64,000 nt of DNA from Phaeosaccion multiseriatum. Taxonomy: Eukaryota; Protista; Ochrophyta, other classes. A program made the position numbers and the translations under genes. Below, piece by piece: positions 23,966-36,972 of the stretch (positions are counted from its first letter, which is position 1; each line of letters begins with the position of its first letter). Under the pieces are notes generated by a model. It was given only the letters and a program-made list of their open reading frames with translations, was not told where the DNA came from and searched no databases. The stretch lies in the NCBI GenBank assembly GCA_965112735.1, contig OZ218960.1, forward strand, positions 3,286,001 to 3,350,000. Reading direction: 5' to 3'.

Positions 23966-26900
23966 ATGCAACAACTTGATTCCAATGCGGGGCTGGGGGG
24001 CAGGGGAAGGAGGAGGAGGCGGCGGCCACTTCCGTCGCCCGTGAGGAGCAGGAGCAGTAGAATCAGGCGAAGAAACGCTACCTCCTTCCTCCGCTCTCCC
24101 TCCCTTCTCCTGCTGTTGCTGCTGCCGAGCGCCCCCTCCTGGCTGGGGGAGTCCCTCGGGTGGAGAGGCGCTGCGGGAGTGTCGGCAGAGGTGCAGAGCG
24201 TGAGCAGGGTGTACGCCGCCGCGTGCATGGAGCGCGGGCCGGACTACTTCGACTACGAGCGCTTTGAGCTCGAGCTTCACCCCTCGGACCTTCCCGCCCT
24301 CAGCAGCAGCAGTAGTGGGAGCACTGGTAGGAGGAGGAGCAGCAGGACCAGCAAGACCAGCAGGACCAGCAGCTACGGTGGACAGCAACACCAACAACAG
24401 GATCAGCAGCACCCGCAGCGGCAGCAGCCCCCTGTTCACGACATGGACGCCTTCGAGATCGTGCGGCACCTCGGAGGCGGGAAGTTCAGCGAGGTGGGCG
24501 GCGAGAGACGGGAGGGACAGGGAGGGTTGGAGAGGCAGAGGGAGAGGGGGGGGAAGACAGGGAGAGGAGACAGAGATGGAGGCAGAGTGTGTGCGTGACT
24601 CACTCACTCACCCAGTGTTGTGCGTGTGCCAGAGTGGAGGGGCGGGGAGGTTTATTTTCGCACCATGTCAGCGTCTGAAGATGGCACTTAGCCCGCTATT
24701 TCTCTTCCCCCGATCGGAGGGTCCCGAAGTGGGAGAGGGCCCATCTTGGCCATCTTGGGGTGTGGCAAGAGGTGGACGGCAGATCAATATCGCAGAGGAG
24801 GGCCTGACTCCCGTGCTCCATCTTGTTCCTCGTTGTCTTCGCTCTACTCCCCCCTCTATGTACCCCGCGCTAAGGTGTTCGAGGCTCTTACGTATCTGCC
24901 CGCCCCGAGCGACAACCCCTCCAGAGCCGTTCCTATTCCGATTCCTTGTCCTACGCCCCTCGTGGCTTGCCCCGTTGCGGACGTGTCGAGCAGCAGCAGC
25001 GGCCTAGATGGCAGCAGAAGCAGAGTTGTCGTGCTCAAAGTGCTCCGGCCCACGCAGGTACGATAGGCACCACTTTATCATGTTGCACTTGCTTGTTTGC
25101 TTCCCTCCCCGTCCCTTCAGAGAGCCGCCACCCACGGTACTCCCATCGATGGATCCACCTGTTCTCGGGGTACTCCTTGCCCGCACCCATATGCCTCTAC
25201 CTGTTCCTCCTTGCCCGTATGCCTGCGCCCCCCTCACAGCTGCGGAAGATCAAGCGCGAGGTGAAGATCCTGCAGACGCTCAACAGCGGCGCCAACACGA
25301 ACACCATCAAGCTTGAAGGGCTCTGTGCACACCCCGTCACACAGGAGGTGAGAGAGGGGGGGGGGGAGAGAGGTGGAGGGAGAGAGGAGGGAGAAGGAGT
25401 AGGGGAAGAGTGAAAGAAACAAGGCGGAGAGAGAGGTAGAGAGAACGGAGAAGGGAGGGAATGTGAAGAGTGCGTGTCAGAGAGAAAGACGAGAGAAAGA
25501 TTGGACTCTGTTCGCCCGTGTTCGCCCGCAAGCCCAGCCCCAAACCAGCGCCTTTGTTCTCCCTCCTCCTCCTGCGCCCAACCCAGTTCCTCGCTCGCCT
25601 CCTCCCTCTTATTCTGCCTAACCCACCCCCCCCCCCTTCCCTCCCCTCCTGCCCTCTGGTTCGACCCGCCCCTCCATCCCCTCCCCTCCGCTCCCCTGCC
25701 GGTCCATGCGATGAAGGTGACGCTGGTGTTGGAGCACGTGGGCAGCGAAGCGCAGTGGCTGTGTCACGGGGGGAGGGAGGGCAGAGAGAGGCTCAGTGCA
25801 GAGGAGGTGCAACTTTACATGTACAAGCTGCTCCAGGTGGGTGTCAATGTCGATGTCGACACAGAATGTCGATGCCGGCTCAGGATATTGATGAGAGGCA
25901 GACAAGCAGACAAACAGGCAAGTGGGGTGATGACGGATCTGACTTCATCATGGCGCCCTCTCCTCCGCCCCTCCTGCTCACCAGGCGCTTGACTACTGTC
26001 ACTCTGTCGGTATCATGCACCGGGACGTCAAGCCGCGTAACGTCATGATCAACCGCCGCACCAAGGAGCTGCGCCTCATTGACTTCGGCCTGGGGGACTT
26101 TTATCTGCCCGGCAAGAGGTAAGTCAACAAAAGGGGCAGGACGTCAGCAAGAGGTTGGACTGGGCTGGCTGGCTGACTTACTTACTTCCTTACTTCCTTC
26201 CTTCCTTCCTTCCTTCCTCCCTCCCTCCCTCCCTCCCTCCCTTCCTTCCTTCGTTGCCTCTTCCCCCATCTCCCTAACCCTTACCGTAAGGTACCCTGCG
26301 CGAGTGGGCAGTCGCTACTACAAGGCCCCGGAGCTGCTCCTGGGCTACCGCTTCTACGACTACTCCGTTGACATATTCAGCGCCGGGTGTGTGCTCGCGG
26401 GGCTGATCTTCCAGGTGTGTGTGTTGGCGGGGGAGATTTGGGATGGGGTCATCACCTGCTGACCCAATTTGTGCCCCGCCTACGACCCACTCACGTCGGT
26501 CGCCCTCTCTTGTTTGCCCTCTCGTGCTTGTGTCTACCCTTCTGCGCGTGTGCTTGTGCTTGCAACAGAGAGAGCCTTTCTTCCGAGGCACGGACACGGA
26601 GTCGCAGCTCGTGTGTGTGGCACAGGTGAGTGAGTGGGTGGGTGTAGGTGGGTGCATGTGGGTGTATGTGGGTGTATGTCTATGTCTATGTGCGTGTGTG
26701 TTTGTCCGTGCCTCTCTTCTCTCTGGGTAGGTGTCTGTGTGTGCGTGTATGTGTGTGTCAGTCTCTCTCTCAATGTGTAGGTCTCCGTGTGTGCATGTGT
26801 GTGGTCGAGCGCCGCATGTTCACAGCATCGATTGATGGGCCCGCTGTCCCTCCCCCCTGGGTCCCCCCTCTCCCCCCTGGGTCTCCCCGCCCCCCTCTCC

Positions 26901-27490
26901 CTCCCCCCCCCCTCCCGCTGCTCTGCTGGCAGGTGCTGGGCTCAGCGGCGCTGCACGAGTACGCGGGGAGGTACGGCGTGAAGCTCAACAAGGCTCTCAA
27001 GGATGGGCTCGCCAGGGCAGCGGTCAGGCAGGCATATGGGCAGGGATCGCAACAGACCAGTCCACCGCAGAGGCAGCAGAGAAGGGGCCAGGCTCAGGGA
27101 CAGCACCAGGGTCAGGCTCAGAAGCAGCGCCAAGGCCAGGGTCAGAGTCAGAGTCAGGGTCAGGGTCAGAGTCAGGGTCAGAGTCGGGGTGATGGTCGGG
27201 CTCCTCCCGGCGAGATGCCGAGTGTGGCGTGGAGCTCTCTGGTGCGCGCCCTGTCCCCGGGGGGCGGGTCTCCTCTCTCTCCTTTGCTGTGCTCGGACGA
27301 GGCGCTGGACCTGCTGGGAAAAATGCTTTGCTACGACCATCAGCAGAGAATCACCGCCGCTGAAGCCCTCAGGCACCCTTTCTTCCGGGGGGTGGCGTCC
27401 AGCAGCAGCAGCAGCGGCAGCAGCAGCAGCAGTGGGGGTGGTGGTAGTGGTGCTAGTAGTGGTGGTGGCGGCAGCAGCGGTTCTTTTTGA
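23966..27490 (+). CDS. Divergent casein kinase II alpha-like Ser/Thr kinase with N-terminal hydrophobic segment (8 exons)
   Basis: SVSRVYA…[112 protein letters not shown]. Confidence 0.9.
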
Positions 27491-28413
27491 AAGGCACCAT
27501 CCCCCCCTCGCCCTCTCAGCTCTCAGCGATGGGGCGGTCGGGCGGGTGGCGCAGCTCTGCCACCAAGGCCAAGGCCAAGGCTAAGGCGGACAAGAAGAAG
27601 GGGTGGGGGCGCTTCTCTTCTCCTCCCTTTCGTACACCGTAAACTGCTCACGGCCCTCGCCTGTCTGGCTGACTGACTGACTGACCGACTGATGTACGAT
27701 CGATCCATGTAAGATACTTGTAAAACACTCTCAAGCTCCATGGCACACAGCACATGTCTAAGAGTTGAACACGGCGGCAGTGCGCACAAGCTTCCTCAGC
27801 CACACACCTCACTCTGATCATGATGATCATGATGATGATGGCGCACGGAGGAAGCAGTTGACCTAAAGAAAACACTCACACAGGTTAAGACATGGTCCAC
27901 GCGTCAGGACAGGGGTGGACTCATTCGACGGAGACCCTCCCTTCGTTCGTGTTGTTGTGGCCTGTCTGTCTCAGGCACTCGGTTCATTACCACACGGTTG
28001 GGTCGAAATCCCCACTAAAACAACTACAATCGTCCGACTTGATGCCATCGCCAGTCCGCTCTCTTGCCTCTCGGCCCCGCTTCCCCCTCAGTGTCTCTCA
28101 AACAGGCTTCCCTCCCTCCCCCCCTCTCCGGGTGACTGACTCGCGACAGCAGCCGCCCCCCCCCCCCCCCCCAAGGTGCCTCCCTCTGCAGCTTGTTCGC
28201 TCGTCCTCCTCTCACCATCCTCCTCGTCGAGGCTGCTGCCGCCGGCCCTCTCGCCCCCCCAGCACTGACGCCCGCCCTGACGCATGCCTCGCCCGTGCAC
28301 TGCCATCCCCCCAAAACTTCCAGCATATGCTTCCACCCTCTGCTCGGGACAAACGCTTGCCATCCCTCCTTCCCTGCCATCCCCTGTCATCCACTGACAT
28401 CCACCCTAGGCCT

Positions 28414-31066
28414 TTAGGGATCGACGAGGTCGGGAAGGTCATCATCGTCATCGCTATCCTCGTCGCTGTCCCCCCCCCCGCCAGGCATGCCGCCCCCCAT
28501 CCCCCCCATCATGGATGCCATGTCCATGCCGCCGCCTGACAGAGAGCAGCGCAGCGCAGCGAGTGTAAACAAGGGCCAAAAGGAGCGACAGCGCGACGGC
28601 AGTGCGATGACAGTGCGATACGCACAGAGTGAGGGAGCGATAAGTGAGTGCGAAAGAGTGAGAGAGAGAGTACGAAAGTACCCAACCCTAACAAGAAATA
28701 CTTCGTACGCCATACCATATACTCACCTCCTCCTCCGCCGCCGCCGCCCTGCATGTTCGCCATCATCTCTGAGAGAGAGGAGGGAGGGAGAGAGGGAGGG
28801 AGGGAGGGAGGGAAGGGTACGTGATGCAGCCTGCTAGTTGATGTACATGCATTTTGATCATGGAGTGTGAGTTTGGTTGATTCTGCTGTCCTGCGTGACG
28901 ATGATGCCTTCCTTACCTTTTAGCTTCGCCATGTCCATGCCTGCTCGGGGGGATGGAGGGAGGGAGTGATTGAGTGAGTAAGTGAGTAAGTGAGTAAGTG
29001 AGTGAGTCTGTGAGTGAATAAAAGGGGCACAGAGGGAGTGGTGAGGTTTGAGTGGGGTCAGTTGAGAAGGTAGCAAGTGAGTGAGTGAGTGAGTGAGTGA
29101 GGGAGTGAGAGTTAGTATTTCAGCGCCAATTCTTCGCCCGTCTTACCTTCGGGCATGCCTCCCGCTCCGCCTCCGCCTCCCATGCCCCCCATCATGCTAC
29201 AGAGGGAAAGGAGAGAGATTGGGGGGGGGGGGGTAGAGAGAAGGCAAGCACGTGTGAGTTTCACCTTCTGGACAAGATTCGTCCGGAGGACTCTACGGCA
29301 CAAAAAGTATGGCGCTCTCTCTACGCGCTTCTTACGGCACCATCACCCCTCTTCTCCCACTTGTTCTGTGACGCCCGAGTGACTTGTGGGGCTGTCTGTC
29401 CCAGCTACTTAGCAAGATGATGAATGAGTGGCGCGTGAGTGTGAGCTACTTAGCAACACGATGAATGAGTGGCGCCTGAGTGTGGTCGTTGTGCAGGGCA
29501 GGCCTTACCTTTCCATGCCTCCCATGCCTCCCATGCCTCCCATGCCCCCCATGCCTGGCCACACAACGAGCAAGAGAGAGCAAGAGAGGACAGTGATGGA
29601 GATGGCAGGCAGAGAGTGAGTGAAAGTCGTGAGAGGCACACTGAGCCTGTGAACAGCACTGGAGATGGTGTCTGCCAGTCTGGGTTAGCAAGCAAACACT
29701 GAATGGCAACATGTGATACCCCACATCGATGGGCGCAGCAAAGGAGCCGCAAGCACACATCCCATCCATATTTACCATCTCAGGGAAGGCCCAGTCAGTG
29801 GTGACACGATATTTGAACATGGCAAGAGCTAAAGGGAAGAGTGTAGGGCCTGCTGCTGCCGAAGCACCTATACGTGCAAATCGAATTCAGGAAGCTCACC
29901 TCCCATTCCTGGCATGCCTCCTCCCATCCCTGGGGGCCCACCTCGGCCCCCCATGCCGGATCCTCCGTCGAGAGCGGACTGCGAACGACAAAAGTGCAAG
30001 GGCAAGCCAGGCACAGAAAAGGGGGGGAGGGGGGGCAAGAAAGGGTAATACGCTCTCGTCAGTGCATCGGCAGTAGAGCAGAGCAGAGCAGCGGTGCGCT
30101 GCGGTGCGGTGCGGTGGGGCTCCACGTGAAGCCTCAGGTGAGCTTCTGTCGCCCTGCTGTGGTGTTGAAGGCAACAAGCCGCAGCCCTTCCCTTCTTTCC
30201 TCTCTCCCCAACGGGTGATTCGAGCACTGAAGCCGATATGCCGTCCCAGCTCTCCTTGGTGGCCACTGCCCCCCCTTTTGCTCGCCCACTGCCATCGCCT
30301 CTTGCCCCAGACTCACCATGTCGAAGCCTTCGTCCTCGTCCTCGTCCTCGTCCACATATCTGTCCCAGTCGATGGTGACCATGTTCTTCTCGAGTTTCTT
30401 ATCCTCCATGAGGCGGGGCCAGAACTCCTCGGCTTCCTTGTCCTTCTTTACAATGTTCATCTTACAAGGCAGGAAGAGCGAGAGAGAGAGGTAGTGCAGT
30501 GTGACGCCGGTGAGAAAGCGTATTACACTGTGTGGCTCGCTGGCTGTGTAAGCAAGTAACCAACCTGGATACTTCTTGGGAGGACTTTGGAGATGGACTC
30601 CTCCACGTTGACCTCGTGCAGGAACTCCAGCTCCAGGGTGTACGCCTTGCCATTTGACGTGCCGCTGAGAGGGGGGGGCGGGGGCGGTGTTGGGCATCAG
30701 ACAAGAAGGCGGCGCTGGGAGCGAATACCGTCCTGGAGGCTGTGAGGACAGGTGGAGTCGAATGCAAAACGCTGAGGGTGGAGGCTGACCCCACCACATG
30801 ATTGGCGGAGATGTGTTCCTTCCACACAGCCGAGCTTCCTCTCGTTCTTCAAGGGCCTGGCGAGCCGGCTTTTACTTTCCTTTTCCTTCCGCTCGCCCCC
30901 TCTCCCCATCCGTTCCCGAAGGCTTTGGATCGGACACTTACGAGAATGAGAGCTTCTTCTCCTCCAGCTCGATCTTCTCGTCCTTGACGTCCGGCAGGGC
31001 GATGGTGAGGTAGATGCTTTCTTTCCTCTGCGCCCACTTGACCGGTGCTGTGCTTGAATCGCTCAT
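28414..31066 (-). CDS. PTGES3: HSP90 co-chaperone p23 (Sba1/PTGES3) with Gly/Met-rich tail; 9 exons 31066-30942, 30664-30565, 30460-30317, 29978-29900, 29554-29509, 29196-29147, 28940-28917, 28768-28727, 28535-28414
   Basis: VKWAQRKESIYLTIAL, FWPRL, IDWDRYVDEDE and terminal DSDDDDDLPDL. All junctions stay in frame. Confidence 0.93.
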
Positions 31067-31660
31067 CCCCTCCGCTCTCGTCTCTCCGTCCGTGCCTGTA
31101 TCTTTTTGCTTTGAGCGAGACAGAAGAAAGGATCGAGGGCACGAGATTCCAGGGAGTACCTGAGTACTCTCTCGGTGTCTTGTGGAGAGAGAGAGAGAGC
31201 GAGAGAGAGTAACTTGTCGTGGATGTGTTAAACCCCCCATATCCACCCCACCTTCTTCCACATAAACATACGTAAGGATACGTAATCAGTTTAAATCCTT
31301 GTCCATTCCATCCCTTCCGCTCCCTCTGTCTTTTGTTGTCGAGGGGACAAAGAGACGGACCAGCTCTCCTTTAGCCGTAACAATCGAAGCAGTAGAAAAT
31401 TCTTCTTCGGGGCGGGCCACCGACGCCTCCGACAAGCCACCGTTTCAGCGAGAAGTGGTCCTATTGAACGGGACCATTTGAGCTTGCCTTGCGCGGGAAA
31501 AGAGCCGTCAACGACCCTGGTGCTGCTGCTGCTGCAATTGGGGAGCGGAAGAGCTCGTCCAGAGGAGGAGGAAAGGGACGAAAGGCGCCGCGAAGACTCG
31601 CATCATGGACGTGAGGAGCCCCTCCCCCCCCCCTTAGACACATCATCGATATCGATCACC

Positions 31661-34600
31661 ATGCCGCCGCGCAGAAAGAAAGTGCTGAATGTTGCAGAGA
31701 AACCGAGCGTGGCTCGTGCAATAGCGGGAATTCTCAGCGGCGGGTCCGACAGGAACAGGCAAAGCCAGACCAGAGTGAGTGCAGGTGTCTTCGCTCTTCA
31801 CTCCTTATCGAGGCCTTATCGCTTATCCCCCCCCTCCTTCTTTAGCTCCTCCCCTTCCCCCCTCTACTCTACGATTCATCGGTCAATCGTGGCGTGGGTA
31901 TTGTGAATGTGGTAGGGGAGGGCAGAGTATCTGAGTGCCTGCAAGTTAGCGTGGGCCTGTGCCGCTGATGTCTCGTGTCGTGCCGTCCTTTCCCCCTCTT
32001 GCCTCTCCCCGCAGTGGAACAAGCTGCACGACTTTAGCAACTGCAACGTCATGGGAGAGAACGTGGACATGGTGAGTGAGTGAGCTAGTGAGGCCATGAG
32101 GCGATATGACCCCATACTCAGGTACTTCCCTGTATAGAAGGCAATAAGGCTCCTTGACCCCTTGATGCAATATGGATGCAATTCCCAATGCCCAATGCCG
32201 TGCCGTGCCAGGTGGTGACGTCAGTGACGGGGCACCTCATGGAGATGGAGTTTGATCAGCCCTACGGTAACAAGTGGAGCGCCTGTGCCCCGGGGGACCT
32301 CTTCCACCTGCCCATCATCAAGTACGTCAAGGAAGACAACAAGTGAGTCATTCAATCGGTATGCCAAGGGACAACACCAGTAGACGAAGCCAGGCCCTCG
32401 TAAGCTTCCTTCCAGCCCCCCACCTCCCCCCTCTCAGTCTCACCTTTACTTAGCCCTCTCCTCTCACCCTCCACTCATCCTCCGCTGACCTCCGCTTGCC
32501 CTTGTCGCTTGCCCTCCTCCGTTTTTGTCCTCGGTGCAGAGACACTGAGCAGCAGCTGCGAGACGAGGCGTCCAACGCCAACTGGCTCGTGCTGTGGCTG
32601 GACTGCGACAGGGAGGGGGAGAACATCGCATTCGAGGTCATCGACGTAAGTCAGTCTGGAACGGATGACAGTGGATGGTCTGTCCTCCCAAGGAACAATC
32701 CTCGTATGCCTCTCATGTCCACCGACGGCCACCCCCCCCGCCTCGTATGTCCCTCGTATGTCCCTCGCATGTCCCTGGTATGTCCCTCGCATGTCCCTGG
32801 TATGTCCCTGGTATGTATGTCCCAGGTGTGCAAGCAGGCGAATCCCCGCCTGCGCGTCTTGCGTGCCCGCTTCTCTTCCCTCATCGAGCGCGAGATCAGG
32901 GGGGCGGTGCAGACGCTCAGAGCTCCTGACGAGCACGCCAGCAATGCCGTTGACACCAGGTGTGCGGGGGAGAGGGGCGAGGGATAAGATTCTACTATAC
33001 TGAAAGTGGAGCTGAAACCGCCTGCTGCTCCTGCTGCTCCCCTCAGGCAAGAGATCGACCTCCGCCTGGGGTCCGCCTTCACGCGCTTCCAAACCATCCT
33101 CCTGCAGAAGAAGTTCGAGGGGCTGGGGGAGGGGGTCATCAGCTACGGACCTTGTCAGTTCCCCACACTGGGCTTTGTGGTGGAGCGCTTCCTCAGGAGA
33201 GAGAACTTTGTGAGTGAGGAGTTCTGGACGGTCAAGCTCGAGTACAGAGAGGAGAGGCAGGGGGAGGACGAGGAGGAGGACGAGGATGATGAGGATGATG
33301 ATGATGAGGATGATGATGATGATGATGATGACGACGACGAGGAGGGGGAAGACAACGGTGATAGTAGTGATGACGAAGGCTGGCACGGGCAGGGGCAGGG
33401 GCGGCCGCGGCGACGTGGGGTGCAGCAGCGGCGGAGGGAGCTCCAGAGAAGGCGGCAGCGCGAGGCGAGGGAGGCGAGGAGGAGGCAGGGGGTGCCCAGC
33501 GCATCCTTCGCGTGGGGGCGTGGGCGTGTGTTTGACAGATGCATGGGCCTCGCCGCGCTGGACCTGTGTGTGGAGGACGGTGAGTCATACACGGGAGGCG
33601 GTAGAGCAGTTGGTGATACAGAGGCCAGGGGAGGGCAGGAGAGGGCAGGGGAGGGGCATTGTCGTGCGTCGTGTGGTGTGACTGCTCCCTGCCCGCGCCT
33701 GTCTCCAAACGGCGGCTCTCCCCGTCCCGCCTTCCCGTCCACTACCATCCCATCCTGTAGGCTCTGCGGTGGTGTATCACCTTGACTGCAACCGCACTAC
33801 CCGCCAGAGGCCCGTGCCCTTGTCCACTGTGGAGCTGCAGAAGAGGTGAGAGGGTGGGAGAGAGGGGGAAGAGAGAGGGAGAGAGAGAGAAAGGGAGAGT
33901 GAGAAAGGGATGGAGGGCTGCTCGAGCCTCATCTGTGCCCCCCCCTTTCTCCTCTCTCTGTCCTCCACTGCCATCCAGGGCGAGTCGTTTCCTGCGCCTG
34001 ACCTCTGAGCGGACCATGACTGTGGCGGAGAAGATGTATCAGAGGGGCGTCCTCTCTTACCCCAGGACAGAGACAGAGAAGTTCAAGCCGGACCAGGTCA
34101 GTACGTCAGGGGACCAGTTTGTCAGTGTGCCGTAAGTTAGTGGGTAGATACTGTGTGTGTATGTATTTGTGTGCCTATATCCTCACACGTGTCTCACTGT
34201 CCCGAGCCGTTCTCGGCCCCGCTCCCCCTTGGACTGGACTGATGGATTGATGGATTGACTGATGGACTGATCGGTGTCAGGACCTGCTGGGCAGCATCGG
34301 AGAGTTCCGCAGGCACAGCCGCTACGGAGACTACGCCGAACACCTCCTGGACGGGGGCGGATTCCAGTAAGTCAGGGAGTGAGGGGCTGCGTGAGCGAGG
34401 GATTGAGTCAACGAGTGAGGGAGGAAGAGAGAGAGCGTACCGTTGTGCTGAAACTGAAACTTACCCTATCTCCTTGCCTGCCCCCAGACTGCCGCGTGCG
34501 GGTGCGGGCGACGACGCCGCGCATCCCCCCATCCACCCCACCAAGGCCGTGGAGCCGCAGCAGCTCGACAACGACGACGAGCGCAAGGTGATACAGCGAG

Positions 34601-36904
34601 ATGGGGGGATGGTAGTGGATGGCAGGGGATGGATAGGCTCTGTCCTGGCACCGAGGACAGCGTGGTGCTGATTGGGACTGATTTTCGGTCTGTGCTGCCG
34701 TGTGCCCTGTGACCTGTGGCATTTCACCAACAGGTGTACGACCTTGTGGTGAAGCACTTCCTGGCGTGCTGCAGCCGAGACGCGGAGGGGCAGAAGACCA
34801 CCGTCAAGGTGGACTGCGGGGGGGAGGAGTTCGTCACCTCAGGTAAGAAGGGGGGGCATTCTCAGCAACTGAAAGGCATGCTGGCCTCCCCCTTCGCCCC
34901 CTCACCCCCTCACCCCCTCACCCCCTCACCCCCTCACCCCTTCACCCCCCGCCTTCCGCCGCACTGGAGGGCTCATGATCACCACGCCAAGCCCCTCACC
35001 CCCCCCCTGCCATTCCCTGCCATCCCGCGCCCTCCCCGCTGTATCGCCAACTGCTGCACTGCTATAGGGCTGATGATCACGGCCAAGAACTGGTACGACA
35101 TCTACACGTATGAGTCGTGGAACAGCCGAAGCATCCCCAACTTCTACCAGGGGCAGATCTTCACGTAAGTCACTGAAAGGCACTGCTTCTGACGTACTTC
35201 TCGGGCAGCAGAGTAGCTGCAGCTCCCTCTCCTCTCGGAGACCCGCTCCTCCCCCACCGCTCACTCTCTCTCTCTCTGTCCACGTCCCTTACCTTCCATT
35301 TTCACCGACGGGGCTCAATGGACGGCAACCCATGGCCCTATTGACCATTTCATCAATGGCGATGGATGGCAATGAATGGCGATGGGTGGCAATGCACGGC
35401 AGGCCGTCGGAGCTGTCCCTTTCGTCGGGCCGCACGGAGGCGCCTGTGCTGCTGTCGGAGAGCGACCTCATCGCCCTCATGGACCAGGAGGGGATTGGCA
35501 CCGACGCCACAATCGCTGAGCACATCAAGAAGGTCCATGGATGGCAGTGGATGGCAGTGGATGGCAGTGGATGGCAGTGGATGTGGGTGATGGAATTGAG
35601 GGGAAGGGAACGGCAGGGAGCCCTCTCCTTTACACGAGCCACACCCCTTGCGTGGAGAGATACAATCGTCAGTCGCCAGTCGTCAATCATCAATCCCCGA
35701 ACCCCCCCTGCCCATGTGCCCCTCTCTACCGTGCCTGCCCACATGGCTGCCCATATGCCTGCCCATATGCCACCCACATGCCCCCCCCCCCTCCTTAGAT
35801 CCAGGAGCGCGACTACGTGGAGTGTGTGCAAAGGCGCTTCGTGCCCACCCGCCTGGGCAGAGCGCTGTACCGGGGCTACGAGGACATCGGCTACAAGCTC
35901 ATGAAGCCGTACCTCAGGGCGGCCATGGAGGTATACCAGTTGGTACTATGGGGAGGGAGGGGATTTAGAGGCATATGGGTAGGGAAGGGAGGGCGAGAGT
36001 GTGCACGTTGGTGACGTCACGCGCTGAAGAGACGGGATGGACAGGCGTTGTTGTACAGCGAAGCGAAGCTCAAGCTCAAGCTCAAGTGCGTGTGCTTGTT
36101 GCTTCCCCCTCCTTCCATCCACTGCCATCCTCTCCCCAGAGAGACTGTAAGAGGATCGCCGACGGGGAGGAGACGAAGGAGAACGCGGTGCGGCGCTGCC
36201 TCGGCACCATGGAGGTGGCCTTCCAGACTTGTCAGAGGTACTTGCTTACCAGCAGGGGGGGAGGAAGGATGGAGAGGCGTATTTCAAGATGTGGGTAGGG
36301 TTGAGTGGGAGTTGCAAGTGCATGCATGTGCCTTACCTTCTTTCTCTCGTTGTGTGTGGACCTCATGTGGTGCCTCTGAACAAACCCCTGCCTTCTTCCG
36401 CCTTCTTCTGCCTTCTTCTGCCTTCTTCTGCCTTCCGCTGCCTTAGCAACTCGCACAAGCTTGACGCAGCCGTGGCCGCGCTCTTCGCCCCCCTGGGCTC
36501 GGGGGCCGACACCGTCACGCGCAGGGGGGGGCGCAACTTCTCGCGCTGCTCGTGCGGAGGGGGTATGGACCTTCGTGACACCGCCTCTGCCCGCCGCCCG
36601 ATGCCTCTGCTCTTCTGCTCGGCGTGTGAGGTGAGACTCAGCCTTCCCCCCCCCCCCTCTCTCACTCTGAGGTGCAGCTCAGCCTCCTTCCCTTCCCTTC
36701 CCTTCCCACTCTTCCCTACTACAGTGACTTGTCTCGCTCCGCCTCACGCCCTCACTCTCACTCTCTCACTCCCTTCCTTTCCTTCATGCTTCATTAGATC
36801 GGCCTGAGTTTGCCGCACAAGGGGAATCTCAGCAAGCGAATGCCCCCAATGCGCTGTCCGCTGTGCCACTTCGAGGTGAGGGGCCGAAGGGGGGTGGAGC
36901 AGTG

Positions 36905-36972
<68 letters not shown>

